Notes: a model not told the origin generated them from the sequence alone. 64,000 nucleotides of DNA from Spirochaetia bacterium (GCA_965208575.1 CBDBOV010000006.1:1440001-1504000), one strand, 5' to 3'. Positions 10,013 through 20,664 are shown, counted from the stretch's first letter. Numbers and translations are program-made.

Positions 10013-10906
10013 TCACATTCCCCACACCGTGACCGGTGTGCCGGCGCCGGGTGGCGCGCTACGGCGGAAGATCTTCTGCCCCCAACGGTCGCGGCCCGGC
10101 TTGTGGCGGAAGCAGGCGTCGTAGCACAGCGCGTTCACCAGCCACGGCTGGCCGGCGGTGCGCGTCCAGATCAGCTCCAGTGCGTCTTCCGTGAACTTCT
10201 GCCCGGTCTGCGCCGTGTGCTGCGCGGTCAGCGCGCGGACCTCCTGCTCGGAGAAGTCGCCCAGCCGCAATGACTCGGACTTGATGTTGAAGGCGCTGCC
10301 GCCGAGCACCATCCGATTCTCGGCGGTGGAGTGGATGCGGTAGTCGCGCACGTCGCGTAGCCCGCACAGGATGATGCTGTGCGGGAAGCCGTCCGGACGC
10401 TGGTCGTAGCCGGCGCGAAGCTGCCGCAGCACCGACAGCAGGGTGTCGCCGATCAGCGCGTCGATCTCGTCGATCAGCAGCACCAGCGGTGTGGCGTCGG
10501 CCTCCGCCCAGCGGACGAGCACCTCGATGAGCGCGCCGTCCGCCCCCTCCTGTTCGAGCGCGGCGTGCCGCACCAGGTTCGGCGTCGCGTCATTCAGGGT
10601 CCGCCGCGCCCGGCGCGCGAGCTCGCCCAGCATGGCGCGCATCGAGCGCGCCGTGTCCTCGCGTCCAGCCTGGCCGACCTCGAAGTTGGCGTATACGCAG
10701 CGCCAGTCGCCCGCCTCGCCGGAATTCAGGAGATCGCGCAGCGCCAGCAGCGCCGACGTCTTGCCGGTCTGGCGCGGTGCGTGCAGCACGAAGTACCGCT
10801 CGTCGCGAATCAGGCCGAGGACATCGTCCAGATCGATCCGTGACAGCGGTGCGATCTGATAGTGCCGTGCAGCTCGGACCGGACCGGCAGTGTTGAACGT
10901 GCGCAT
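10013..10906 (-). pseudogene. AAA-like ATP-binding protein (AAA_35-like), probably 3'-truncated
   Basis: MRTFNTAGP, HAPRQTGKT, LLIDEID, TAGQPWLVNAL. Family-like sequence stops near 10087, and the short remaining tail overlaps the next gene's start region. Confidence 0.6.
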
Positions 10907-11169
10907 GGCCGTGCTGCATTGTTTCACGCCACGGCGCGCCTGTCACCGCGGGCATTCCACCCGCACGACCCGACCACTCCACGGCTCCGTTGCGGCCCGA
11001 CCAACCGCCACTGGCCGGGGAGGCGAATTACGAAACGCGTGCGGACCAATACTGCGTATCGCACAAGCTCCCCGCGGGCGGCGGGCAGGGAGCGCAGGCG
11101 GCGTCCGGGACGTTGTCAGCGGCGCGGTGCCGTGGCAAGGTGCGCGGGAGATGGCGACGGCGGAGCGCG

Positions 11170-11988
11170 ATGCCTGAGCTGCCCGAGGTAGAGACTACCC
11201 GCCGCGGCATCCGCCCGCTGCTGGTCGGACGGCGCGTCGAGGCAGTAGTGGTGCGCCAGCGCAGGCTGCGCTGGCCGGTCCCGGAGGCGCTCGACGATGC
11301 GCTGCCGGGCCGTGCGATCCGCGACGTGCGCCGGCGCGCCAAGTACCTGCTTCTGGACACCGAGCCGGCCGCCGCCGTGCTGCTGCACCTGGGCATGTCC
11401 GGTCGCCTGCGCGTCATTCCGTCCGCCACCGCGGCCGCGAAGCACGATCACGTCGACTTGGTGCTGGACAGCGGCGACGCGCTGCGGCTCACCGACCCGC
11501 GCCGTTTCGGGGCGTGCCTGTGGATCCCGGCGGGCGGCCCGCCCCACCCGCTGCTGCGCCACCTCGGCGTCGAACCGTTGAGCGCGGGGCTTACCGCCGA
11601 CTACCTGTACCGGGTCTCGCGCCGGCGCCGGGTGGCGGTCAAGAACCTGCTGATGGACTCGCGCGTGGTGTGCGGGGTGGGCAACATCTACGCCAACGAG
11701 GCGCTGTTCCGGGCGGGCATCCACCCCCTGCGCGCCGCCGGCAACATCTCGCTACGCCGCTACGCGGCCCTGGTGGAGGCGGTGCGCGCCGTGCTCGGCG
11801 AGGCGATCGCGGCCGGCGGCACCACGCTGCGCGACTACCGCGACGCGGCCGGCAACCCCGGCTACTTCGTCACCAGCCTGGCCGTGTACAGTCGCGGCGG
11901 CCAGCCCTGCCTGCGCTGCGGCGCGAAACTCAAGCTGGTCCGCATCACCGCCCGCAGCACCTGCTACTGCCCCCGCTGCCAGCGCTAA
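11170..11988 (+). CDS. mutM: Formamidopyrimidine-DNA glycosylase
   Basis: MPELPEVE, HLGMSG, DPRRFG, GVGNIYANE, C-terminal C4 zinc finger. Confidence 0.97.
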   Translation: MPELPEVETTRRGIRPLLVGRRVEAVVVRQRRLRWPVPEALDDALPGRAIRDVRRRAKYLLLDTEPAAAVLLHLGMSGRLRVIPSATAAAKHDHVDLVLDSGDALRLTDPRRFGACLWIPAGGPPHPLLRHLGVEPLSAGLTADYLYRVSRRRRVAVKNLLMDSRVVCGVGNIYANEALFRAGIHPLRAAGNISLRRYAALVEAVRAVLGEAIAAGGTTLRDYRDAAGNPGYFVTSLAVYSRGGQPCLRCGAKLKLVRITARSTCYCPRCQR

Positions 11989-12021
11989 ACACCGATCGCG
12001 AGCAAGCCGGTGCGATTCGAT

Positions 12022-12609
12022 TTACGCCCGGCTACGCTTGCCTTCAACCAGTTGCATGAATCGCAACGTGTTGCGGGGTGGATTCTTGAACTTCCACATC
12101 GTATCAGGGCGATCATTCCTTGTTCTCGGAGATGGCCAAGAAGGCTTCTTGTTGGAGCCCACGTTCTTCACGCTCACGAAGTGCTCGTGGTAATTTTCCG
12201 CCGCCAGGAACCCGGCCTGTCGCCAGAACTGACGGCCTATGGCACGACAATAGGCAACGAGACAGTGCGCACCGCGCAACTGCGCCGCGATTTCTCCTGC
12301 CAGGCCGTCGCTGCCGCCCTTCATCTCTACGTACACGATCCAACTCCGGTCATCTTCGTTGGCGATGATCACATAGTCTGCGCGCTTGCGTTCACCCCGA
12401 TTACCTCTGAATACATGACATGGGGATGGAAACTCGTCTGCTCTGAACGCGATCGTGTCGTACGGAGCACCAATTATTCTTAGTTCGTATGATTGGCCGC
12501 GAGGTTCCGTCAGTACCAGCGCCTTCCGGTTTCTTGGCGTATCACTAGCCGGCGCCAGGATCTCATCCCGGAGCAGGGCGCGGAGTATGTCGAGATCACT
12601 CATCGTCAC
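12022..12609 (-). CDS. Hypothetical protein, PD-(D/E)XK-like nuclease
   Basis: RADYVII...VYVEMKGG...QL pattern; overlaps the ATPase stop. Confidence 0.55.
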   Translation of the reverse strand: MTMSDLDILRALLRDEILAPASDTPRNRKALVLTEPRGQSYELRIIGAPYDTIAFRADEFPSPCHVFRGNRGERKRADYVIIANEDDRSWIVYVEMKGGSDGLAGEIAAQLRGAHCLVAYCRAIGRQFWRQAGFLAAENYHEHFVSVKNVGSNKKPSWPSPRTRNDRPDTMWKFKNPPRNTLRFMQLVEGKRSRA

Positions 12610-13981
12610 CCGACAAGATAGCGTCCTGAATCTCGTTCATCTGGTTTATGGTGTCGTCGAAGCTCCGAGCTTCGATACCATAGTCTTCGTTTATGCGTGC
12701 TCTCGACAGAGTGTGGCTACGCCCAAGCTCGCCCTTGGATTCTGTTTCGACTGGCTCGGCAAGATATACGCTCACCTGCTCCGGCTTCAGTAATTCTTCG
12801 GGGCGGTACCGTTCCTTGCTCGATATCCGCCGCAAATGAGGCTTGTCTTGATTCAGCATTATCAGAGTGTTCAACTCCTTGACGATATAGTCGCTATGCG
12901 TGGTTGCGAACACCCGAATACCCAAGTTCACCAAACGCGCAAACAACCTCGCTATTCGACGTTGGTTCCTCGGATGCAAGTTTAATTCTGGCTCATCCAC
13001 TATGAGTAAGTCACCGCGTGTGGCGAGATGGCGCAAGTAGAATCCGAGAATTAGTAGAGACCGAACGGCACTGGAACTTTCGTCCATCGTGAGAGCGAGT
13101 CCGCCTTGAGCAGGTATGAAGTGTATCGTTCCGTTGTCAGTGACTACATAGTCGCCGCCTACAATGTCGGAGAACTCGGCGAGTAGATGCGCATGGTTCT
13201 TTGCGATATAGCTGACTTCCTTCGTAGTTCTTTCGAGCTTTCGGATGAAATCGATGTTTACGTTCACCGGCAGGGGATAGATCGGACGCTCATCAGAAAA
13301 CAAATCGAGTTGAGGATCGGTGTCTTGGGAGGGCCGAGTGTCTCCGCGTAAACGATTCCGAGCGTCATCCAATTCACTACGGAACATCGCAGCTCCGGTG
13401 CGTTCTGCACTCGCAATGAATGCGCGAGGGAATAGTTCATCGAACAGAAGCTCACTTATCCAGAATGAAATGACGTCTTGAATCAATTCAGCAGGCCACG
13501 ACTCACGCGTACTTACCAACAACGAAACGTTCAGATCACTATTACCCGGTTCCTTGCGTAGCGACAGGAGTGTTCTTTCTTCGGATCCTGTTCTCCGTCG
13601 GAATCTTCGTTCTTTCGCGCTGGCCAAAGCATGCGGGTCAAGTTCGACTCGGAATGTTGTGTCGTCGAATCGATTTGACTGTGATGCGAATACTCTCGAA
13701 AGACTGTGCACGTATCGGGCGCATCCACTCTGAAGTACTTCCTCTACTTGAGCCATATACGTGCTGAGGTCAATCCGTGTTGCGCCGTCCTTCAACAAAG
13801 AACTTATAGCAGAGCGCGGAATATCTACAGACATGAGAGTGCGCCAGCGCGAAAGGAACCCGAATAGCGCGTACGTAGCATACGTTTTGCCCGTATTATT
13901 GTCCCCACAAATTAGGGTTAGGTCACGCAGTTCGAATTCGGCACGTCTGAGGGCGCCAAGGTTCTCCGCGCTGATTTTCAC
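12596..13981 (-). CDS. ABC-type AAA ATPase (AAA_15/AAA_21)
   Basis: GDNNTGKT, SSAVRSL, IVDEPELNLHP, TTHSDY. GTG start at 13981; visibly lower GC than the flanks. Confidence 0.85.
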   Translation of the reverse strand: MKISAENLGALRRAEFELRDLTLICGDNNTGKTYATYALFGFLSRWRTLMSVDIPRSAISSLLKDGATRIDLSTYMAQVEEVLQSGCARYVHSLSRVFASQSNRFDDTTFRVELDPHALASAKERRFRRRTGSEERTLLSLRKEPGNSDLNVSLLVSTRESWPAELIQDVISFWISELLFDELFPRAFIASAERTGAAMFRSELDDARNRLRGDTRPSQDTDPQLDLFSDERPIYPLPVNVNIDFIRKLERTTKEVSYIAKNHAHLLAEFSDIVGGDYVVTDNGTIHFIPAQGGLALTMDESSSAVRSLLILGFYLRHLATRGDLLIVDEPELNLHPRNQRRIARLFARLVNLGIRVFATTHSDYIVKELNTLIMLNQDKPHLRRISSKERYRPEELLKPEQVSVYLAEPVETESKGELGRSHTLSRARINEDYGIEARSFDDTINQMNEIQDAILSGDDE

Positions 13982-14355
13982 GCTGGCATCTCGGTCCAAG
14001 GTCGGGCGTTCGTTACGATGATGGCGCCATACGAGTCCCGCATCGAGCCAATACGAGGATGGCGCTCGACACAGGGCAACCTGCCGTGCGCAATGTATAC
14101 GAGCTCGCTCCTTGGCGAGTGCCTGCGGAGGTCGGGCGTACAATGCATCGGGGAATAGTCGGTTGGTGGTAAGGGATACGTGCAACCGTTCGGTTGGTGC
14201 GCCCCGCGATGTGTGATAGCACGTCCTCGTTGCATGATGGGGTTGTACAGCACGGGCCGACGGCCGTCAAACGCATCGGTGGCTGAGCAGAGAACATCTT
14301 TTCTGGTCCACTTGGACATCTGTCGATGGTGGAGGCGTCAACGAACGATTGGCTG

Positions 14356-15798
14356 CTAGGCCGCGGATTCCTTGAACTCGGTGACTAGGCCTTCGACGGT
14401 GGACTTGGCGTCGCCGAAGATCATGTAGGAGTTGTCGCGGAAGAACAGCGGGTTGTCGATGCCGGCGAAGCCGCTGGCCATGGAGCGCTTCAGGATGAAG
14501 CAGGTGCGCGCCTTGTCGGCGTCGATGATCGGCATGCCGTAGATCGGGCTGCCTTCGTCCTCGCGCGCGGCCGGGTTCACCACGTCGTTGGCGCCGATCA
14601 CGATCGCCACGTCGACGGTGTCCATGCTCGGGTTGATCGAGTCCATCTCCACGAGCTGGTCGTAGCTGACGTTGGCCTCGGCGAGCAGCACGTTCATGTG
14701 GCCCGGCATGCGCCCCGCCACCGGGTGGATGGCGTACTTCACCTCGGTGCCGTTGTGCTCGAGCATCTCGGCCAGCTCGCGCACCGCGTGCTGCGCCTGC
14801 GCCACCGCCATGCCGTAGCCGGGAATGACCACCACCGAGCTGGCCGCCTCCAGGATGTAGTAGGCGTCGCTGGCCTGCATTGGCTTGGCCTCGCCCTCGA
14901 TGGCGCTGCCGCCGGACGAGCCGCCGGCCGCGCCGAAGCCGCTGAACAGCACGTTGCCGAGCGAGCGGTTCATCGCCTTGCACATGATGCTGGTAAGGAT
15001 GATGCCGCTGGCGCCGACCAGGGCGCCGGTAATGATCAGCAGGTTGTTGCGGATCACGAAGCCGGCCGCGCACGCCGCCAGTCCCGAGTAGCTGTTGAGC
15101 AGCGAGATCACCACCGGCATGTCGGCGCCGCCGATCGGGATCACCACCATGATGCCGAGCAGCAGCGCCACCCCGGTGGCCACCACCGCGATCCAGTACT
15201 GGTCGGGACTGACGGTAAACCACACCGCGCCCACCAGGATGGCGAGCAGGATCAGGAAGTTGACCACGTTCTGGCCGGTGAACAGCACCGGTTTCTGGGT
15301 CACCACCCCACTCAGCTTGCCCCACGCGATGATGCTGCCGGTGAACGTGATGCCGCCGATCAGGATCGCCAGGTAGATGGTGGCGGCGGAAAAGCCTCCG
15401 CCGATGTCCGACAGGAATTGGGCGGCCATGGCGGCATCCTGCGCCGGGGCGCCCCAGCCGATGCCCATCGAGTCGGCCACCACCTGGTAGGTGCCCCAGC
15501 CGACCAGCAGGCTGGCCAGGCCGCCGAAGCCGTTGAACAGCGCCACCATCTCCGGCATCGCGGTCATCTTGACCAGCTTGGAGGCGAGCACGCCGATGAT
15601 CGCGCCGACGAGCGCGCCGACGATGATCCACTGGAACTGGAAGCCGCGCCCCACCAGGGTGGCGACGATGGCGATCAGCATGCCGAGCGCGCTCGTTGCG
15701 TTGCCGCGCCGCGCGGTGGTGGCCTTGGAGAGCTGCTTGATGCCGAATACGAACAGGATCGCGGAGACGATGTACAGGAGCGGGGTGACGAAGTTCAC
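14356..15798 (-). CDS. pntB: NAD(P) transhydrogenase subunit beta
   Basis: GADMPVVISLLNSYSG, HPVAGRMPGHMNVLLAEA, GANDVVNP. Confidence 0.97.
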   Translation of the reverse strand: MNFVTPLLYIVSAILFVFGIKQLSKATTARRGNATSALGMLIAIVATLVGRGFQFQWIIVGALVGAIIGVLASKLVKMTAMPEMVALFNGFGGLASLLVGWGTYQVVADSMGIGWGAPAQDAAMAAQFLSDIGGGFSAATIYLAILIGGITFTGSIIAWGKLSGVVTQKPVLFTGQNVVNFLILLAILVGAVWFTVSPDQYWIAVVATGVALLLGIMVVIPIGGADMPVVISLLNSYSGLAACAAGFVIRNNLLIITGALVGASGIILTSIMCKAMNRSLGNVLFSGFGAAGGSSGGSAIEGEAKPMQASDAYYILEAASSVVVIPGYGMAVAQAQHAVRELAEMLEHNGTEVKYAIHPVAGRMPGHMNVLLAEANVSYDQLVEMDSINPSMDTVDVAIVIGANDVVNPAAREDEGSPIYGMPIIDADKARTCFILKRSMASGFAGIDNPLFFRDNSYMIFGDAKSTVEGLVTEFKESAA

Positions 15799-16118
15799 GC
15801 GCCGCCTCCCTTCTTGCCGGGCGCCGGCCGCGTCTTGAACATTTCAAGCATGCGGTCGGTCACCAGGTAGCCGCCCACCACGTTGATGGTGGCGAACCCG
15901 ACGGCGCACGCCCCCAGGATGGTGGTGAGGGTGCTCGGCGACTCGCGTACCTCGAGGGTGATCAACGCGCCCACCAGCGAGATGCCGGAAATGGCGTTGG
16001 AGCCGGACATCAGCGGCGTGTGCAGTTGGGACGGCACCTTGGTGATCAGCTCCAACCCCAGGAACATGGCGAGGATGAAGATGAAGAACAGAAATTCGAA
16101 CTGTTGCAGGGCTTCCAT
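15795..16118 (-). CDS. pntA: NAD(P) transhydrogenase subunit alpha part 2
   Basis: LHTPLMSGSNAISG, INVVGGYLVTDRML. Confidence 0.95.
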   Translation of the reverse strand: MEALQQFEFLFFIFILAMFLGLELITKVPSQLHTPLMSGSNAISGISLVGALITLEVRESPSTLTTILGACAVGFATINVVGGYLVTDRMLEMFKTRPAPGKKGGGA

Positions 16119-16162
16119 GACAAATCCTTTCAGTATGGTCTTCCGATGTGGCTGCGGCGCAA

Positions 16163-17299
16163 TCAGGCGCCGGTGATGCTCTTGACCATCTCGTTCACCA
16201 TGCCGCCGTCATGCGTGACCAGGCTGCCGGCGATGATCTCGTCGTCGCGGTTCAGGGTGAACGTCTTGCCCTCCGCGTCCCAGAACTCGTCGACGAAGTT
16301 GAACAGGTTGTTGGCGTACATCTGGCTGGCGGAGCTGGCGAGGCGGCCCGGAATGTTGCGGTAGCCGATGATGGTGACGTCGCTGATCACCACGTCCCGG
16401 CCGGGCTCGGAGCCCTCCACGTTGCCGCCCGATTCGACCGCGTAGTCGACCACGATGCTGCCCGGTTTCATGCGCTGCACCATGTCGGCGGTCACCACCA
16501 CCGGCGCCTTGCGCCCGAACAGTTGGGCGGTGGTGATCACGATGTCGGCCTGCGCGCAGCGGTCGGCCATCGCCTCGCGCTGCTTGGCGAGCTGCTCCTC
16601 GGTGAGCGCCTTGGCGTAGCCCTGGGAGGTCTGGCCGGTCTCGCCGAGGTCCACTTTGACGAAGCGTGCGCCGAGCGACTCCACCTGCTCGGCGGTATCG
16701 GGGCGGGTGTCGAACGCCTCCACGCGTGCGCCGAGCCGCTTGGCGGTGGCGATCGCCTGCAGGCCCGCCACGCCGGCGCCGATGATGAACACGCGCGCCG
16801 GCTGCAGGGTGCCGGACGGGGTGACCATCATCGGCAGGATGTGCTTGAGCTGGTCCGCCGCCATCAGCACCATGGCGTAGCCGGCGATGCTGTGCTGCGA
16901 GCTGAGCGCGTCCAGCTTCTGGGCGCGGGTGGAGCGTGGCACCAGCTCCATGCTGAGCGCGCTGACGCCGTGCCCGGCGAGGCTGTCGACCAGCTCGGAT
17001 TCGTTGAACGGGTCCAGGAAGCTGATGTGGATCGCCCCCTGCTTGAGCAGCGCCACCTCCGCGGCCGGCGGCTGGCGGACGCGCAGCACGATGTCCGCCT
17101 CGCCGAGTGCGGCCTCGCGGTCGGCGCGTACCGCGGCGCCCGCCTGCTCGTAGGTTGCATCGGGGTAGAACGCACCGCCGCCTAGGCCGCTCTCCACCGC
17201 GACGGTGGCGCCCAGCTTGACCAGCCGGGCCGCGGTGTCGGGCGTCACGGCGGCGCGCGGCTCGTTCGGATCGGTTTCCTTGGGGGCAAATATGAGCAT
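16163..17299 (-). CDS. pntA: NAD(P) transhydrogenase subunit alpha part 1
   Basis: PRSTRAQKLDALSSQ, GAGVAGLQAIATA, ESGGNVE. Confidence 0.95.
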   Translation of the reverse strand: MLIFAPKETDPNEPRAAVTPDTAARLVKLGATVAVESGLGGGAFYPDATYEQAGAAVRADREAALGEADIVLRVRQPPAAEVALLKQGAIHISFLDPFNESELVDSLAGHGVSALSMELVPRSTRAQKLDALSSQHSIAGYAMVLMAADQLKHILPMMVTPSGTLQPARVFIIGAGVAGLQAIATAKRLGARVEAFDTRPDTAEQVESLGARFVKVDLGETGQTSQGYAKALTEEQLAKQREAMADRCAQADIVITTAQLFGRKAPVVVTADMVQRMKPGSIVVDYAVESGGNVEGSEPGRDVVISDVTIIGYRNIPGRLASSASQMYANNLFNFVDEFWDAEGKTFTLNRDDEIIAGSLVTHDGGMVNEMVKSITGA

Positions 17300-17544
17300 G
17301 CAGGCTCCAGCTACCGCGGGCACATTGGCGCCATCCGGCTGGAGAGGGCACGCTGACGGCAAGCGGGTAGGATGTTCGAGATTAACGCCTAATAGCTGCT
17401 AATATTTCGCCCGAAAGTCAACCTCGGCAGCCCCCGGGCCACGCCGCCGGACCGTCTCGCAGCGCGTGTTTGCGCCGCTTGAGCGTCCGCGTTGCAGGGC
17501 GGCTTTGTTCTTCGGTACAGTCCTGCCAGGAGCACTCACGAACG

Positions 17545-17796
17545 ATGACGGAAGGCAAGGGAGTCAAGGGCAAGGTGGCCGAGTCGATGCCCGCGGTGCT
17601 GGAACTGGAGCCGGGCAGCTACTGGTGGTGCCGCTGCGGGGAGAGCCAAAACCAGCCGTATTGCGATGGATCTCACAAGGGTACGGAATTCGAGCCGCTG
17701 CGGTTCACCATCGAAGAGCAGCGCAACTATGCGCTCTGTCAGTGCAAGCAGACGGACAACGATCCATTCTGCGACGGCACCCACTCCCACCTGTAG
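17545..17796 (+). CDS. CDGSH iron-sulfur domain protein (two domains)
   Basis: WCRCGESQNQPYCDGSH and CQCKQTDNDPFCDGTH. Confidence 0.92.
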   Translation: MTEGKGVKGKVAESMPAVLELEPGSYWWCRCGESQNQPYCDGSHKGTEFEPLRFTIEEQRNYALCQCKQTDNDPFCDGTHSHL

Positions 17797-17889
17797 CAGC
17801 CGGTGGCGAAACGCCGGCAGCATGCGAGGTGCGACGCCGGGTTCCCACCACGGGCTGCTCGCACCTGACGGCTCCGCCGCCCGGCGCCG

Positions 17890-19494
17890 GTGCGCCGGCC
17901 TGACCGCGTGCAACTGATCGAATCGCACCGCGTGGCGATGGGTCAGGTGTACGGCGGCAGCCGTTTCTACCTGGACTATCTCGCCGGCCGGGCCGACCGC
18001 TACTTCACCCACCCGGCCGGCGATGCCGCCGCGGCGCTGCGCGCCCGGCCGCCGGCGGCCGGCCCGCGTACCGGACTGGCCGGCGTGCTGTGCGACTACC
18101 AGCAGGTCCTGGGGGCGCCGGATGCGGCGCTGGCGGCGGCGCGCGCGCTCGGCGAGGCCGGCACGCTGTGCGTGCACACCGGCCAGCAGGCCGGCTTCAT
18201 GGGCGGGCCCGCGTACACGCTGTACAAGATCGTTACCGCGATCCGGCTCGCCGCGCGCTACCAGGAGCAGTTCGGGCGGCGCTGCGTGCCGGTGTTCTGG
18301 CTCGCCTCCGAGGACCACGACCTCGGCGAGATCAACCACGCCCACTTCCTCGCCGGCGACGGCAACGTCGGCCGGGTGCGCTTCCCGTGGCGGGACGCGG
18401 GCCGGCCGATCAGCGACCTGCCGGTGACGGACGAGGTGCGCGAGGCCGCGCGGCAGTACTTCGACCGCGTCGGCGATGCTCCGTTCGCCGGCTACGCCGC
18501 CGGGCTGTTCGCGCCGCGCGGCGGCGGGTTCGCGCGCTCGATAGCGGCAGCGCTGTCGCGCCTGTTCGGCAGCCACGGACTGGTCGTGCTGGAGCCGCAC
18601 CTGCTGCGGCGCCTGGTGCCGGAGTTCTTCGCACGGGCAATCGCAACGTCCGGCGCGGTGCGGCGCACGCTGCGGGCCGCCGCAGCCGCCCTGACCGAGG
18701 ACGGCTACCCGGTTCCGCTCGATCCGGAGCGTGCCGGAACGCTGTTCCACACCGCCGCCGCCGGCGGGCGGCGCGAACGGCTCGCGGATGGCGCGCCGGC
18801 GCCGCCGGTGAGCCACCTGTCCACCGACGCGGCGCTGCGTCCGGTGCTCGCCGATCTGGCGCTGCCGTCGCTGGCTACCGTGCTCGGCCCCGGCGAGGTG
18901 GCCTACCAGGCGATGCTGCGCGGACTGTACGAGCTGTTCGACGTGCCGCAGCCGCTGGTTGCCGCGCGCAAGGGATACACCCTGGTCGATTCCGCCGCGG
19001 CGGCCGCGCTGGAGCACTATGACCTGGTCCCCACCCAGATCGTCGGACCCGATTTCTCGGTGCGCGCCGCGTTCGGCGCCGCGGTGCCGGCGAGCGAGCG
19101 GTCGCGGTTCGCCGCGGTGCGCGATCGCCTGGCCGAGCTGTGGGCGCCGCTGGAAGGCCACGTGACCGACGTCGATCCCAATCTTGCGCGCACCTGGGAG
19201 CGCAGTCTCGGTCACGCCCGGCTGGCCCTGAATCGCCTGGAGGACCGCACGGCGCGGGCGTTGATGAGCCGGCGCGGCGCCGCCCGCCAGGAGTTGCAGG
19301 CGTTGCGCGGCCTGGTGTGGCCGCGCGGGCGGCTGCAGGAGCGCGTGCTGCCGGTTGCACACTTCGTGAGCCGCTACGGGGCGGAGTTGCCGGCGGCGCT
19401 GCTGGCCGCCTGCGATCCGGACGAGCCGGACCACGAGATCCTGGTATTTCGTGCGCCGGACGGTGGCCGCGGACTGACGTGCGCGGCGGACTGA
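17890..19494 (+). CDS. bshC: Bacillithiol biosynthesis cysteine-adding enzyme
   Basis: TGQQAGFMGGPAYTLYK, VPVFWLASEDHD, GPGEVAY, GRLQER. Confidence 0.9.
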   Translation: MRRPDRVQLIESHRVAMGQVYGGSRFYLDYLAGRADRYFTHPAGDAAAALRARPPAAGPRTGLAGVLCDYQQVLGAPDAALAAARALGEAGTLCVHTGQQAGFMGGPAYTLYKIVTAIRLAARYQEQFGRRCVPVFWLASEDHDLGEINHAHFLAGDGNVGRVRFPWRDAGRPISDLPVTDEVREAARQYFDRVGDAPFAGYAAGLFAPRGGGFARSIAAALSRLFGSHGLVVLEPHLLRRLVPEFFARAIATSGAVRRTLRAAAAALTEDGYPVPLDPERAGTLFHTAAAGGRRERLADGAPAPPVSHLSTDAALRPVLADLALPSLATVLGPGEVAYQAMLRGLYELFDVPQPLVAARKGYTLVDSAAAAALEHYDLVPTQIVGPDFSVRAAFGAAVPASERSRFAAVRDRLAELWAPLEGHVTDVDPNLARTWERSLGHARLALNRLEDRTARALMSRRGAARQELQALRGLVWPRGRLQERVLPVAHFVSRYGAELPAALLAACDPDEPDHEILVFRAPDGGRGLTCAAD

Positions 19495-19519
19495 CGTGCG
19501 CGGCGGACTGACGTGCGCG
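19469..19519 (+). repeat. Three perfect tandem copies of 17 bp (GCGGACTGACGTGCGCG)
   Basis: Read directly; spans the bshC stop and the bshA start. Confidence 0.95.
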
Positions 19520-20664
19520 TAGGCATCACCTGCTACCCGACCCACGGCGGCAGCGGCGTGTTCGCAACCGAACTGGGCAAGCAGCTTGCCCTGCGCGGCC
19601 ACACCGTCTCGTTCATCAGCTACTCGGCGCCGCTGCGGCTGGTCGACCTGCCGCCGCGGGTCACGTTCCACGAGGTCGAGGCCGGCGAGTACCCGTTGCT
19701 GAAGCAGTATCCCTACACCCTCGCACTGGCCGCCAAGATGGTCGAGGTGGCGACCGCCAACCGCTTGCAGGTTCTGCACGTGCACTACGCCATCCCGTTC
19801 TCGCCGGCCGCGATCCTGGCGCGCCAGATGGCGCCGGAGCTGAGCCTCAGGGTGGTTACCACGCTGCACGGCACCGACACGTCGCTGGTAGGCGCCGCGC
19901 CCTACTTCCACCCGGTGACCCGCTTCTCGATCGCGCAGTCGGACGCGGTCACTACTGTTTCGGAGTATCTGCGCAAGGAGACCGTGGACACGTTTCAGGT
20001 CACCCGTCCGATCGAGGTCATCCCCAACTGCGTGGATCTCGATCACTACCACCACGCCGGCCGCGACGGCGCCAAGAAGCTGCTGCTGCACATCTCCAAT
20101 TTCCGCGAGGTGAAGCGCGCCACCGACGTGATCAGGGTATTCGCCCGCGCCCGCGCCCACGTCGAAGCGCGCCTGGTGCTGGTCGGCGACGGTCCCGACC
20201 TGAGCCGCGCGCTGGCGCTCGCTCGCGAGTTCGCGGTGGCGGACGACGTGGCCACCGTCGGCGTGGTGGACGACGTGGCACCGTTTCTGCAGGCGGCGGA
20301 CCTGTTGCTGTTGCCGAGCGCGTCGGAGAGTTTCGGGCTGGTCGCCCTGGAGGCGATGGCCAGCGGCGTACCGGTGGTGGCGAGCCACGCCGGCGGTCTG
20401 CCGGAGGTGGTGCCGGACGGCGAAGCCGGTTACCTACTGCCGCCGGGGGATGTCGAAGCGATGTCGGCGCGTGTCGTGCAACTGCTCTCGGACGAGGGCC
20501 GGCATGCTCGTTTCGCCGCCGCCGGCCGCCGTCGGGCGGTGCAGTTCGGGTGCGACGAGGTGGTGCCGCGCTTCGAGGCGCTCTACGAGCGCGTGTTGCG
20601 CCAGCCGCCGGCGCCGCCGGTGATGGAGCCGCACGCCGGGGCGCGCGCCGGGCCGCCGGGATGA
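19513..20664 (+). CDS. bshA: N-acetyl-alpha-D-glucosaminyl L-malate synthase
   Basis: GITCYPTHGGSGVFATELG, HVHYAIP, TTLHGTD, ESFGLVALEAMA; adjacent to bshC. Confidence 0.92.
   Translation: MRVGITCYPTHGGSGVFATELGKQLALRGHTVSFISYSAPLRLVDLPPRVTFHEVEAGEYPLLKQYPYTLALAAKMVEVATANRLQVLHVHYAIPFSPAAILARQMAPELSLRVVTTLHGTDTSLVGAAPYFHPVTRFSIAQSDAVTTVSEYLRKETVDTFQVTRPIEVIPNCVDLDHYHHAGRDGAKKLLLHISNFREVKRATDVIRVFARARAHVEARLVLVGDGPDLSRALALAREFAVADDVATVGVVDDVAPFLQAADLLLLPSASESFGLVALEAMASGVPVVASHAGGLPEVVPDGEAGYLLPPGDVEAMSARVVQLLSDEGRHARFAAAGRRRAVQFGCDEVVPRFEALYERVLRQPPAPPVMEPHAGARAGPPG

Noticed and set aside
17536-20388. 950-aa minus-strand ORF and similar long ORFs (7932-10124, 37621-39747, 45855-48035)
   Set aside because: Shadow frames of GC-rich genes: no recognisable motifs, and they overlap well-supported CDSs.
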